From Candidatus Rariloculaceae bacterium (GTDB taxonomy: Bacteria > Pseudomonadota > Gammaproteobacteria > Steroidobacterales > Rariloculaceae): a stretch of DNA of 64,000 bases. Each line of letters opens with the position of its first letter. Within the stretch, counting starts at the first letter, position 1. A program made the position numbers and the translations under genes. Positions 41,057 through 50,690 of this stretch are shown piece by piece. A model generated the notes under the pieces. It made no database searches and was not told the origin of the DNA. It saw only the letters and a list, made by a program, of their open reading frames with translations. Location of the stretch: contig OZ253541.1 in the NCBI GenBank assembly GCA_965262365.1, forward strand, positions 1,291,843 through 1,355,842. The letters are read 5' to 3'.

Positions 41057-41118
41057 ACGGTATGAGTCCTGCTCCCGGATCGAGTGGATGCCGGCGGCGG
41101 AGCGATTCGGCGCATGCG

Positions 41119-42207
41119 TTACGGCACATAGCGCCGCTGCCAGCGTGCTCCAAGCCCGGTCAGGATGTCATACCCGATCGTACCGGCGGTGCGGGCGAGG
41201 TCGTCCAGGAGCACCTTGCGACCGAGCAATTCCACGGTATCGCCCGGCTGCACCTCCGCCGGCGCGAGCCCGCTCACGTCGAGTGTGATCAAATCCATGG
41301 AAACACGCCCCACGACCCGGACGGTGGTTTCTGCAACGAACGCAATACCGCGGTTGCCGAGCGCACGGGGATAGCCGTCCGCATAGCCGGCGCCCACGGT
41401 TGCGAGCCGCGCACCCGGCCGCACGGTATGGGTTGCGCCGTAACCCACGGTCTGCTGTCTCGCCACGGACCTGGTCTGCAGGACAGTACCCTCCAGGGTG
41501 ACCACCGGTTCCATCGGGCTTTCGCCGTTCGCGAACGGACTGCCGCCGTACAGGGCGATGCCCGGCCGCACGAGATCACCCTGAAAGTCAGGTCCGAGCA
41601 ATATTCCCGCCGACCCTCCGATCGAGGTCCTGACCTCGGGCAAGAGTGTCAGCAAATGTGCGAAGTCCCGCACCTGGCGCGCGTTCAATGGATGGGAGGG
41701 CACGTCTGCGCACGCCAGGTGCGTGAGCGCGTACTGCAGTTCCATCCCCCGAAGCAAACCGGTTCTACTGGCTTGGTTAACCTCCTCTTCAGACAACCCG
41801 AGCCGTGACATGCCCGTATCCAGATGGATCGCTGCAGGTTTGTCGGCCCCCACCCTTCGCCAGCACCGAATCTGTTCAATGGAGTTCAGGATGGGAATCA
41901 GTCCGGCGCCAATGATGCCGGCGGCGCTACCCTCAAACACGCCCTCAAATACAAATATTCGCGCCTCCGGCAGCAGGGCGCGAAGCTGGATTCCCTCTTG
42001 CACCGTGGCTACGAAGAAATGCCGGCATCCCTCGTGCCACAAGCGACCTGCGACGGGCCCGACACCCAAACCATACGCGTCGGCCTTGACCACGGCACCG
42101 CATACCGCCCGCGCCGCCGCTTCGCGCAGGACGCAGTAGTTTCTCGCCAGCGCGTCCAGATCGACTGTCAGTGCGCCTGGCGACTGCGTTTTGGTGTCGG
42201 CGGCCAC
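41119..42207 (-). CDS. alr: alanine racemase
   Basis: VVKADAYGLG PLP-lysine motif, and C-terminal RVSMD and GYDILTGL motifs. Confidence 0.9.
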   Translation of the reverse strand: MAADTKTQSPGALTVDLDALARNYCVLREAAARAVCGAVVKADAYGLGVGPVAGRLWHEGCRHFFVATVQEGIQLRALLPEARIFVFEGVFEGSAAGIIGAGLIPILNSIEQIRCWRRVGADKPAAIHLDTGMSRLGLSEEEVNQASRTGLLRGMELQYALTHLACADVPSHPLNARQVRDFAHLLTLLPEVRTSIGGSAGILLGPDFQGDLVRPGIALYGGSPFANGESPMEPVVTLEGTVLQTRSVARQQTVGYGATHTVRPGARLATVGAGYADGYPRALGNRGIAFVAETTVRVVGRVSMDLITLDVSGLAPAEVQPGDTVELLGRKVLLDDLARTAGTIGYDILTGLGARWQRRYVP

Positions 42208-42268
42208 AAGATTTAGGCTACCATACGCCCACCCAACCCACGGCCAATCCAGGTCGGAATTTCAGGCT

Positions 42269-43258
42269 ATGTCGGAACGATTTACTGCACTGCGCATACA
42301 CCGAAACGGCGGGGCCGTGCGGAGCGAATTGGAACAAATCTCGGTCGACGAACTTTCGCCCGGTAACGTGCTGATCCGGGTGGAATACAGCAGCATCAAC
42401 TACAAGGACGCCCTTGCCGCCACGGGCACCGCGCCCATCATGCGACGATATCCCCTGGTGGGCGGTATCGATCTCGCCGGCGAGGTGCTGGAATGCACCG
42501 AAGGGGACTGCCGCCCGGGCGACAAGGTCGTCGTGCTTGGCGGCGGCCTCGGAGAGAACCGTGACGGCGGATACGCCCGATTTGCCCGTGTCGACGGCGA
42601 TCGCGTGGTGCGCCTGCCTGAAGGTATCGACACCCGCCGCGCAATGGCGATCGGCACGGCGGGCTTTACCGCAGCATTCGCTGTACATCGTCTTGAACGG
42701 AATGATCAACGGCCCGATCTCGGTCCCATGGTCGTGACTGGAGCCACGGGCGGCGTGGGCACCATCGCCATCGACCTGCTTGCGGGCCGCGGCTACGAGG
42801 TAACCGCGATAACCGGCAAGTCCGGCGAGAGCACGTTCCTGCAACGATTGGGCGCGGGAGAAATCCTCGATCGCCGTGCTATAGAACCGGTAACCAGGCC
42901 ACTCGGACGTGGACTGTGGGGCGGTGCCGTGGACAATCTGGGCGGCGAAATGCTCGCATGGCTGACCCGCACCGTGCGTCCCTGGGGCAACATCGCCAGC
43001 ATTGGCCTGGCCGCCGGTGCCGGGTTTTCCACCACGGTCATGCCGTTCATTCTGCGAAATGTCAGCCTGATCGGCGTCAACATGGAGGTCCCCCGGCCAC
43101 TGCGGCAACGCATCTGGGAGCGTCTGGATACGGACCTGCGACCACAGCACCTGGAACTCATCACGTCCCGCGAAGTAACGCTCGAGGAACTGCCGAACTG
43201 TTTCGAAGGGTTCATGGCCGGCACGATCACCGGGCGTACTGTGGTCAGGATTGACTGA
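42269..43258 (+). CDS. YhdH/AcuI family NADPH-dependent (acryloyl-CoA/quinone) oxidoreductase
   Basis: VEYSSINYKDALA, GIDLAGEV, GTAGFTAA and VTGATGGVG motifs. Start placed at ATG 42269. Confidence 0.85.
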   Translation: MSERFTALRIHRNGGAVRSELEQISVDELSPGNVLIRVEYSSINYKDALAATGTAPIMRRYPLVGGIDLAGEVLECTEGDCRPGDKVVVLGGGLGENRDGGYARFARVDGDRVVRLPEGIDTRRAMAIGTAGFTAAFAVHRLERNDQRPDLGPMVVTGATGGVGTIAIDLLAGRGYEVTAITGKSGESTFLQRLGAGEILDRRAIEPVTRPLGRGLWGGAVDNLGGEMLAWLTRTVRPWGNIASIGLAAGAGFSTTVMPFILRNVSLIGVNMEVPRPLRQRIWERLDTDLRPQHLELITSREVTLEELPNCFEGFMAGTITGRTVVRID

Positions 43259-43384
43259 CAGAATCCACCCGCAAATTGCAATGGCTGGTCAGGTTGCCGG
43301 CCGGTTCCGCCTCCGGCAAGATGGCGACTTGCCGGCATCTTGAGCGAAAGCGTTTGCTCACAACGCCAACGAGGTTCGAAGGAA

Positions 43385-44119
43385 ATGACACAATACATTA
43401 AGTACGCATTGTTACTATTTGTTTTCACTTTGTCTGCGCCGGTATTTTCCCAAGTCAGCGTGGAGCAGGCGCTGGCTGCCGAGGGTCGTTCTGACGAAGA
43501 CAGGGCGAGGGATGCCGGACGCATGCCGGCTCAGGTGCTGGAATTCTTCGGCATCGGCGCAGGCTCCCGCGTAGCCGACCTGCTCTCAGGAGGCGGTTAC
43601 TACACGCGAATCCTGGTGCCGGTGGTCGGTCCTGAAGGCGCCGTATACACCGGCAACAACCCGTTCTTCGATCGCTTTGGCGCCGAGGCCCTGACGGCGC
43701 TGCTGAGCGAACCCGGATACGAGAACGTGATGCGGATCGACGCCCCGGTAGACGAAATGGCGCTGCCGGACGACGCTTCGCTGGACGCGGTCATGATCGT
43801 GCTCGCCTATCACGATCTGTGGCTGACCGATGAAGACCGGGGCGAGTTGAACCGGCGCGTCATGGCCGCGCTCAAACCGGGCGGCGTCTACGGAATCACC
43901 GACCACCATGCAGCCGTTGGTGCGGGCACGAGCGTGATCGAATCGCTGCACAGGATCGAGGAAAGCGTCATCGTCGATGAAATAACCGGCGCCGGCTTCG
44001 AATTGGCCGCCGGCGGCGATTTCCTGTCCAACCCCGAAGACGATCGCTCGCTACGGGTCTTCGACCCCAACATACGCGGCAACACGGACAGGTTTGTCCT
44101 GAGATTCGAGAAACCGTAA
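43385..44119 (+). CDS. secreted class I SAM-dependent methyltransferase-like protein
   Basis: Signal peptide MTQYIKYALLLFVFTLSAPVFS. VADLLSGGGYYTRIL corresponds to motif I. GAAGGAA RBS. Confidence 0.75.
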   Translation: MTQYIKYALLLFVFTLSAPVFSQVSVEQALAAEGRSDEDRARDAGRMPAQVLEFFGIGAGSRVADLLSGGGYYTRILVPVVGPEGAVYTGNNPFFDRFGAEALTALLSEPGYENVMRIDAPVDEMALPDDASLDAVMIVLAYHDLWLTDEDRGELNRRVMAALKPGGVYGITDHHAAVGAGTSVIESLHRIEESVIVDEITGAGFELAAGGDFLSNPEDDRSLRVFDPNIRGNTDRFVLRFEKP

Positions 44120-44146
44120 GCGCAACCTCGACGCAGACGCCTCACT

Positions 44147-44227
44147 GGTAAGCGCCTGCCCGTGCCGATGAACGCTTGCCTGCGCCGGTGAGCGCGTGCC
44201 TGCGCCGATGAACGCCTGCGTGCGTCC
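44147..44227. repeat. four tandem copies of a 20-nt unit (two alternating variants) in a convergent intergenic region
   Basis: ggtaagcgcctgcccgtgcc / gatgaacgcttgcctgcgcc / ggtgagcgcgtgcctgcgcc / gatgaacgcctgcgtgcgtcc, read directly from the sequence. Confidence 0.85.
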
Positions 44228-44242
44228 CTGCTGCGATCTACC

Positions 44243-44950
44243 TCAGTCTTCGGCCGGACGACGGAAGTGGTAGTCGTAGGGCGTGCCTGCCGAACGGGCA
44301 TTGATCCAGATCGACAGCATGCCCTCGAGTACGTGGGAAGCGCTCAGGGGTCCCACGTCCATGGGCTCGAGCCCCATACCCGCCACAAGCTCGGCAATAC
44401 GAGCCTTGGCCTCGGCGTCGTCACCCGCAATCGGGATGCTCACCGGGCCGCCCGGATCGATCATCGTCTGGAAATTCAGTGTATTGAATGCCTTGACAAC
44501 GACAGCGCCGGGTGCCGCGCCCTGGATCAACTCCGCATTGGAAGTCTCCATGGTGTAGTGGGCGTAACCGTCATCACCTCGCTCGATCCGGTTCGTGGGG
44601 TCAAGAATGATCTTGCCGGAGAGGTCCCCCAGGCTACCCGCCACCTCCTCGGCGACACCGCCCGGCACGGCCAGAACCACAATATCGGCACCGACGACTG
44701 ACTCAGTCTGCTCGGCCGCGGACGCATTGCCCCCGGTACGCTCGACCAGGGCCACAACTTCCTCGCGAGCGGGATCGCGCGAGCCGTATACGATATCGTG
44801 CCCTTGCGCCGCAAATTCCGGCCCCAGGGCACCGGCCACGTTGCCGGTTCCGATGATTGCGATCGTGTCGGCCATCGAGGGCGCCTGTAACACCCAACCC
44901 GTCAGGAAAACCGATAAACAAGCAACCAATCGTCTAGAGATCGCAGTCAT
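44243..44950 (-). CDS. NADPH-dependent F420-reductase-like NAD(P)-binding oxidoreductase
   Basis: IAIIGTGNVAGALG Rossmann motif and VVLAVP. Start placed at ATG 44950 with a GGAGAA RBS; the tracked ORF extension is rejected. Confidence 0.8.
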   Translation of the reverse strand: MTAISRRLVACLSVFLTGWVLQAPSMADTIAIIGTGNVAGALGPEFAAQGHDIVYGSRDPAREEVVALVERTGGNASAAEQTESVVGADIVVLAVPGGVAEEVAGSLGDLSGKIILDPTNRIERGDDGYAHYTMETSNAELIQGAAPGAVVVKAFNTLNFQTMIDPGGPVSIPIAGDDAEAKARIAELVAGMGLEPMDVGPLSASHVLEGMLSIWINARSAGTPYDYHFRRPAED

Positions 44951-45020
44951 GTTGAATTCTCCACACCGCCCGCGGTGAAAGCCGTTACCAAACTCTTGCC
45001 CATAGTACCCCACCTTTACC

Positions 45021-45362
45021 GTGGGGGCGGCAGGGGTCATCGGGGCCTGCGAGATGTCCCCCGGCGACTCCAGTGCGCCGACACCCGACGTGGCCGTCAA
45101 CGAGGCGGTAACCCCCAACGTCTGGGTCAGCATCGGCGCCGATGACGTGATCACCATCCAGTTTGGCGCCACCGAAATGGGCCAGGGCTCCACGACATCG
45201 GTCCCCCTGGTTCTGGCAGAGGAAATGGATGCGGATTGGGAGCGCGTGCGAGTGGAAACGGTCAGTCGCCACGACCCGGCCTACGGCAATCCCCTGGCGT
45301 TCGGCTACTACGGCTTCCCCATCATGTACACCGCCGGCAGCGCTAAGCCATGTCCAGGCTGA
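45021..45362 (+). pseudogene. N-terminal fragment of an IorB-type molybdopterin-binding oxidoreductase subunit
   Basis: TPNVWVSIGADDVITIQFGATEMGQGSTTSVPLVLAEEMDADWERVRVE...YGNPLAFG matches residues about 60-140 of isoquinoline 1-oxidoreductase beta / aldehyde oxidase large subunits, which are over 700 aa. Only 113 codons are open and there is no Tat leader. Confidence 0.6.
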
Positions 45363-45370
45363 ATCGCTGG

Positions 45371-46669
45371 TCAATCCTGTAGCTCGCCGACCTCCAGACC
45401 CCAGATTGGCCGGTAATCGAGGGGCGCCCTGTAGACCAGCGTGGCATCGAGATTGATGCGGTCAAACCCTGTGACCTCGTAGAGTGCCTCAAAGGCCGGC
45501 GCAGCATCGCTGTCCGGCGCCGAGTCCAGCACGTCTTCCAGCTCGGCGATGTCCTCCAGCGATGTGATCGCCTGTGCGGCGTGCATCAGGCCGGAATCGC
45601 GCGTTCCGGCGACGATCAGGAATTGATTGCCGTCGGGTCCGGGAAACGTCGATACCAGGCCATAGTCCTCGTAGCCGCTTTCGCCCGGAATGCCGGCGCC
45701 GCTGGTAAAGGACTCACCGGTGCGCATATTCTGCAGTTCGGCGAAACTGGCCCCGACTCGCAATCCCGAGGAGGCAAAGACGAAATCCATCAGCGTTCCC
45801 AAGGCGCTGATATACCCCACGTAGAGAATGTGTTGGGACCTGATATCCGCCACCCTCATCTCGGTCATGGTCGTGATCCGCACATCCTTGTCCCCTGCGT
45901 AGACGACGCGGAGCAGTTCGCTGAGAGCCGAAGCGCTGCCCTGTGGCAGGTAGGTCAGGTCCAGATCCATGTAGTTCGCCAGCAAGTCAGGATCACTGAC
46001 AAACAGGTTGCCGAGATCGTCGCCGGAGTTGACATCGAATTCGCGCAACAGTCGACGGACCGTCCCGAATTCGTCCAGTTCGGCGAAGATGAAATAGTCG
46101 CCAACGACGACGAGCAGGGGAACATCGTCACCGAGCAGACTGGACCACAGCGGCGAACCGGCAACTTCCCGTGGTTCGCCGGGTGAACTGCTGTCCGGCC
46201 TGAGGATGACGAGGGTGAGTAGGTTGATCAGCACCAGGGCCGCGACCGCGGCGGCCCAGAGCCGCCCGGAACCACGCCTGACCGTATCATCGGCGGTCTC
46301 CTCGACCGGCGAGATTGCCAGGCGATACTCTCCTCGCGGTATGCTGAGCCGCCGTCCACTGACGGGAGGTGATTCTTCGTAGTACCGCTGGAGCTTCTGC
46401 CGAAGATTATGGATATATACGCGTACCAGGGCGTCCTGGTTCGGGTCGAAGTCACTGGCTCGGCGGAATACCTCGGTGGCAATCTCCAGCTCCTTGGGAC
46501 GGCGCCCCTCGCCCGAACACTGCGCCAGGAATTTCAACAGCCGAACATAGGAGCGGGAGCGTCCCAGCGCACCGCTTGCGGCGATCTTTCCCGTTTCCTC
46601 GGATATGAATTCAGGGTCCGACATCTCGTTTCCATGGCGAGCCGACACCAAGGGCCGGAACTTGTCCAC
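45371..46669 (-). CDS. membrane-anchored regulator with N-terminal OmpR/CadC-like winged-helix domain and uncharacterised periplasmic domain
   Basis: SYVRLLKFLAQ...ELEIATEVFRR...DALVRVYIHNLRQKLQRYY...IPRGEYRL resembles trans_reg_C. One TM helix (LWAAAVAALVLINLLTLVIL), then about 270 aa with no recognised family. Alternative start at ATG 46624. Confidence 0.65.
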   Translation of the reverse strand: MDKFRPLVSARHGNEMSDPEFISEETGKIAASGALGRSRSYVRLLKFLAQCSGEGRRPKELEIATEVFRRASDFDPNQDALVRVYIHNLRQKLQRYYEESPPVSGRRLSIPRGEYRLAISPVEETADDTVRRGSGRLWAAAVAALVLINLLTLVILRPDSSSPGEPREVAGSPLWSSLLGDDVPLLVVVGDYFIFAELDEFGTVRRLLREFDVNSGDDLGNLFVSDPDLLANYMDLDLTYLPQGSASALSELLRVVYAGDKDVRITTMTEMRVADIRSQHILYVGYISALGTLMDFVFASSGLRVGASFAELQNMRTGESFTSGAGIPGESGYEDYGLVSTFPGPDGNQFLIVAGTRDSGLMHAAQAITSLEDIAELEDVLDSAPDSDAAPAFEALYEVTGFDRINLDATLVYRAPLDYRPIWGLEVGELQD

Positions 46670-46878
46670 AATAGCGGAATTTTAACCGTTAATAAACTAA
46701 CCCTAACTTACTGTTTTGATTATCGAAACTCCATCGAAACGAAATGTCGGTCGGAGCGATGCCGGACTTGGTGGCATAGTCATGGCGCCAATCGACATGC
46801 GGGCCTGTCCGATTGCTGGTACATTGCGGCGAAAACAACGGACGTATCGGTCAGGCTCCGCCGCGGCTTCCATTGCGT

Positions 46879-48372
46879 ATGTTAAGACTGCTTTTGCTGA
46901 TACATCGGTATCTCGGCATGATCCTGGGAATCGTGATCTTGCTGTGGTGCCTGTCGGGATTCGTGATGATGTACGTCCGCTATCCCGAGCTGAGCAATAC
47001 TGAGCAGCTTGCGGGCCTTGAACCCCTTCAACTTACCGACTGTTGCCGCGTCCCGGCCGACTTCAGCAACATCCCGGTTGACCGCTTTCGCGTGGAAATG
47101 CTCGGCGGACGTCCGGCGTTGCGGATGTTTGGCGGCCAATTCCAGTACGTGATCGACCTGCAATCGGGAGAGTACCTGCCCGGCTTTTCCGACACGAGTG
47201 CGCTGGTGATCTCCACCATTGCCGCCGAACAATTCGGCCTGGACGGCCAGCCTGCGCTGATGGGCGAGGTGGAGCAGGATCAGTGGACGGTATACCCGTC
47301 GTTCGCCCCGCACCGTCCCCTGTACCGCTTTTCGCTTGGCGATGCCCCGGGCACCGAATTGTATGTATCCAGTGCCACGGGGGAAGTCGTGCAGATGACG
47401 ACTTCCGGGGAGCGTTTCTGGAACTGGATCGGCGCGGTTGTTCACTGGTTGTATCCGACGATGCTTCGCCAACACGCGTATATCTGGTTACAGACGGTCA
47501 TCTGGCTCACGATCGTGAGTGTCTTTCTCACGGTCATCGGCCTCTACATCGGGTTACGCCAGTACACGGGTCGGCGCAAGGGGCGCGGGTCTCCCTACCG
47601 CGGCTGGACGCTCTGGCACCACTACGCCGGACTCGTGTTCGGCCTGTTCACTCTGACCTGGCTCGTCAGCGGCCTTTTTTCGGTTACCCCCTGGGGGGCG
47701 CTGGAGGGCCGCAGCTTCGCTGAAGAGCGCGCCCGGCTTGCAGGGGCAGGGCTGGACTTCGACTCGACCGCGCGATACGTCCGGACTCTTTCCGCCGCCA
47801 CGCTTCCCGACTCGGCAGTAAGAATCGAAGGATCGGTCGCTGGCGGCGAGTTTCAGATCATCATCGCAAACGATCAAGGATTGCGAACGAGGCTCAGTCC
47901 CGGGACGCTGGAAGCGCTGCCGCTTCCCGATACCTTTTTCGGCGCTGCGGGCGGCGTCATGAGGCCGGGAGTCTCCGTGTTGGAAGCAACGTGGATCAAT
48001 GAGGGAGATGCCTACTATTTCAACCATCATGAGTCGAGAGACTTCCCCGTCTTCCGGATTCGGTACGAGGACAGCGAGAGGCTCTATCTCGATCAGGTCA
48101 GCGGGGAACTCAGTTTCGCGGCGGACCGGGAGCGGCAGTGGTTCCGCTGGGTATTCAACGCGCTGCACCGAGGCGATTTTTCGGCGCTGATTCGCAGCCG
48201 GCCGATCTGGGATCTCATGATGTGGCCGTTGATGCTGGGTGTGACCGTCGGGGCTCTGACGGGTACCTGGATTGGATTCCGGCGCCTGGTCAGATCCGTA
48301 TCAAAGCCTTTCAGACACACACTGGAATCGCAGCCGGCGCCACCGACGGTTCGAGCGCGACCCTCAGGGTAA
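46879..48372 (+). CDS. PepSY-associated TM helix protein (PiuB-like)
   Basis: HRYLGMILGIVILLWCLSGFVMMY, plus further PepSY_TM-type helices (WHHYAGLVFGLFTLTWLVSG, HRGDFS...). Start placed at ATG 46879. Confidence 0.8.
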   Translation: MLRLLLLIHRYLGMILGIVILLWCLSGFVMMYVRYPELSNTEQLAGLEPLQLTDCCRVPADFSNIPVDRFRVEMLGGRPALRMFGGQFQYVIDLQSGEYLPGFSDTSALVISTIAAEQFGLDGQPALMGEVEQDQWTVYPSFAPHRPLYRFSLGDAPGTELYVSSATGEVVQMTTSGERFWNWIGAVVHWLYPTMLRQHAYIWLQTVIWLTIVSVFLTVIGLYIGLRQYTGRRKGRGSPYRGWTLWHHYAGLVFGLFTLTWLVSGLFSVTPWGALEGRSFAEERARLAGAGLDFDSTARYVRTLSAATLPDSAVRIEGSVAGGEFQIIIANDQGLRTRLSPGTLEALPLPDTFFGAAGGVMRPGVSVLEATWINEGDAYYFNHHESRDFPVFRIRYEDSERLYLDQVSGELSFAADRERQWFRWVFNALHRGDFSALIRSRPIWDLMMWPLMLGVTVGALTGTWIGFRRLVRSVSKPFRHTLESQPAPPTVRARPSG

Positions 48373-48395
48373 CGGCTGACTCGACGACCGGGTGC

Positions 48396-49706
48396 TCAGA
48401 GTTCGTCCGACCAGTCTTTTTCTTCGAGCAGCGACCTGACCCGCTGCAGGAACGCCGCGGAGTAGGCGCCGTCGATCGCTCGATGGTCAAACGACTGTGC
48501 GAGTATGCCGACCGGACGGATGGCGATCGCATCGCCAGACGGCCACTCCACCACCACCGGCCGTTTGTTGATGGCGTCTACCGACAAGATGGCCACCTGG
48601 GGCTGGTTGATGATCGCCCCGGTCAACAACGTGCCATAGGAACCGTTGTTGGACAGGGTGTAGGTTCCGCCGGCGTACTCCTCCGGTTCCAGTTCACCCT
48701 TGCGCGCACGATCACCGATGTCGTGGATCGCCCGCGCCAGGCCCGCCACCGTCAGCGCGTCAGCGTTGCGGATCACCGGAGCGACCAGACCTTCGAAGTT
48801 CAGGTTGACCGCGATGCAAAGGTGGACCGCCGGGTGGAGCACCAGTGCATCGCCATCCACGCTGGAATTGACTCGCGGAAAGTCGCGCAAGGCCAGGCAT
48901 GTCGCACGCGCGATGAACGGCAAGCATGTCAGCGAGAACCCTTGTTTGGCACGCCAATCATTGCGGTTCGGCAAGCGGACCCGGTCGACGCCGGAGAAGT
49001 CCACTTCCACCGCCTGCATGACGTGGGCACTGATTGCCTTGGACCGCACCATGTGCTCGGCAGTGACCCGGCGAATCCGGTCGAAGGGAACTCGCGTGGC
49101 TTCACCAGGAGCCTCAGAGCGTGGCTGAGCAGGCGGTTTCGCGGGAGCCGGCCTGGTGGTTGAGGGCACAGCCGTAGAAGACTTTGACCCGGCCGCAGCG
49201 CGCTGGTCCACAAACGCCAGGACATCGTTGCGCGTGATCCGTCCGTCTTTTCCGGAACCGGAAATCTCGTGTGCGTCGACCTCATGCTCGGCGAGCAAGC
49301 GGCGCACGACCGGTGACAGGCGCAGCCGTCCACCCTTGCCACCGCGGCTCCGCGTCTTTGCAGCCTTCCGGCCAGAGCGCTTGCCGGAGGCCGGCTTGCC
49401 GGGGGAATCGGGCTTCGCCTCCGCGGCCCCCTCCCCTGCGGGCGTTTCCGTAGCAGCCGGGGTCTCTGCCGACCCTTCCACTTCGATGACCGCAAGCACG
49501 GTACCCACGTCCACCGTCTCGCCTTCGGGCACGAGAACCGAGGCGATCACGCCGGCCACCGGCGCCGGGACTTCCGTCGCCGCCTTGTCGGTCTCCACGT
49601 CCAGGAGAATCTCGTTCTCCTCGACCGTGTCGCCCTGCTTCTTGTGCCATGCGGCCACCGTACCTTCGGCAACGGTCTCTCCAAGCTGCGGCATCAAGAC
49701 ATTCAT
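48396..49706 (-). CDS. dihydrolipoamide acyltransferase (E2) of a 2-oxoacid/acetoin-type dehydrogenase complex
   Basis: Lipoyl domain (VETDKAATEV), a peripheral-subunit-binding domain (SPVVRRLLAEHEVD), and a catalytic DHRAIDG. Confidence 0.9.
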   Translation of the reverse strand: MNVLMPQLGETVAEGTVAAWHKKQGDTVEENEILLDVETDKAATEVPAPVAGVIASVLVPEGETVDVGTVLAVIEVEGSAETPAATETPAGEGAAEAKPDSPGKPASGKRSGRKAAKTRSRGGKGGRLRLSPVVRRLLAEHEVDAHEISGSGKDGRITRNDVLAFVDQRAAAGSKSSTAVPSTTRPAPAKPPAQPRSEAPGEATRVPFDRIRRVTAEHMVRSKAISAHVMQAVEVDFSGVDRVRLPNRNDWRAKQGFSLTCLPFIARATCLALRDFPRVNSSVDGDALVLHPAVHLCIAVNLNFEGLVAPVIRNADALTVAGLARAIHDIGDRARKGELEPEEYAGGTYTLSNNGSYGTLLTGAIINQPQVAILSVDAINKRPVVVEWPSGDAIAIRPVGILAQSFDHRAIDGAYSAAFLQRVRSLLEEKDWSDEL

Positions 49707-49712
49707 GCCCGT

Positions 49713-50690
49713 TCAGTCCACCAGGCGTATGACGTTGTCGACAATGCGCTCGGCGCTCGGCATGACGGCATCCTCCAGCGCATCCGCCGAAGGCAGGGGT
49801 ATGTGCGGCGTCGTGACCCTCACGATCGGTCCTTCCAGATCCCAGAACAGTTCCTCTGCGACGATCGAGGCAAGTTCCGCACCCCAACCGCAGAGCCGCG
49901 GATTCTCCTCCACGGTGACCAGCCGGCCCGTACGGGAAACCGAGTCGAACAGGGTATTCGTGTCCAGCGGTACCAGACTTCTGACATCAAGCACCTCGGC
50001 CGATACCCCGTGCTCGGCGGCAAGCGTTTCCGCGGCCTTGAGCGCACGTGGCACCATGGCCGCCAGCGCGGCGATGGTGACGTCGTCACCGGCGCGAACG
50101 ACCTTCGCCACGCCCAACGGCTCCACATGCTCGCCTTCCGGCACTTCGCCCTTCATGGCATAGAGCGACTTCTGCTCAAAGAACATCACCGGATCCGGGT
50201 CGCGCACGGATGCAGCCAACAGACCCTTGATATCCGCCGGCGTGGACGGAGCAACTACCTTGAGGCCCGGTATCGCCATGGCCCAGTTCTCGACGCTCTG
50301 GGAGTGCTGGGCCCCGAACCGACTGCCGCCGCCGTTAGCGCTGCGCAATACCAGCGGAAACGAGCACTGGCCATCGGTCATGTAACGCGTCTTGGCAATC
50401 TGGTTCGCCACGAGATCCCAGCAGACGGCGAAGAAATCGGAGAACATGATCTCGGCGATGGGCCGAAGCCCGGTCATGGAGGCGCCCATGGCCGCGCCAA
50501 TGATGGCCTGCTCCGAAATCGGCGTGTCCTTGACCCGGTCCGGGCCAAATTCCTCAAGCAGTCCGACCGTTGTCTTGAACACACCGCCGGCAGCGGCGAC
50601 ATCTTCGCCGAGAAACACGACATTCTCGTCGCGGCGCATTTCCTGGGCGATACCGTCGCGTACTGCCTCGCGGTAGGTTAGTTGCGCCAT
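49713..50690 (-). CDS. 2-oxoacid dehydrogenase E1 component beta subunit
   Basis: MAQLTYREAVRDGIAQEM..., FLGEDV and FGPDRVKDTPISE are typical of E1 beta. The start overlaps the E1 alpha stop by 13 nt. Confidence 0.9.
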   Translation of the reverse strand: MAQLTYREAVRDGIAQEMRRDENVVFLGEDVAAAGGVFKTTVGLLEEFGPDRVKDTPISEQAIIGAAMGASMTGLRPIAEIMFSDFFAVCWDLVANQIAKTRYMTDGQCSFPLVLRSANGGGSRFGAQHSQSVENWAMAIPGLKVVAPSTPADIKGLLAASVRDPDPVMFFEQKSLYAMKGEVPEGEHVEPLGVAKVVRAGDDVTIAALAAMVPRALKAAETLAAEHGVSAEVLDVRSLVPLDTNTLFDSVSRTGRLVTVEENPRLCGWGAELASIVAEELFWDLEGPIVRVTTPHIPLPSADALEDAVMPSAERIVDNVIRLVD

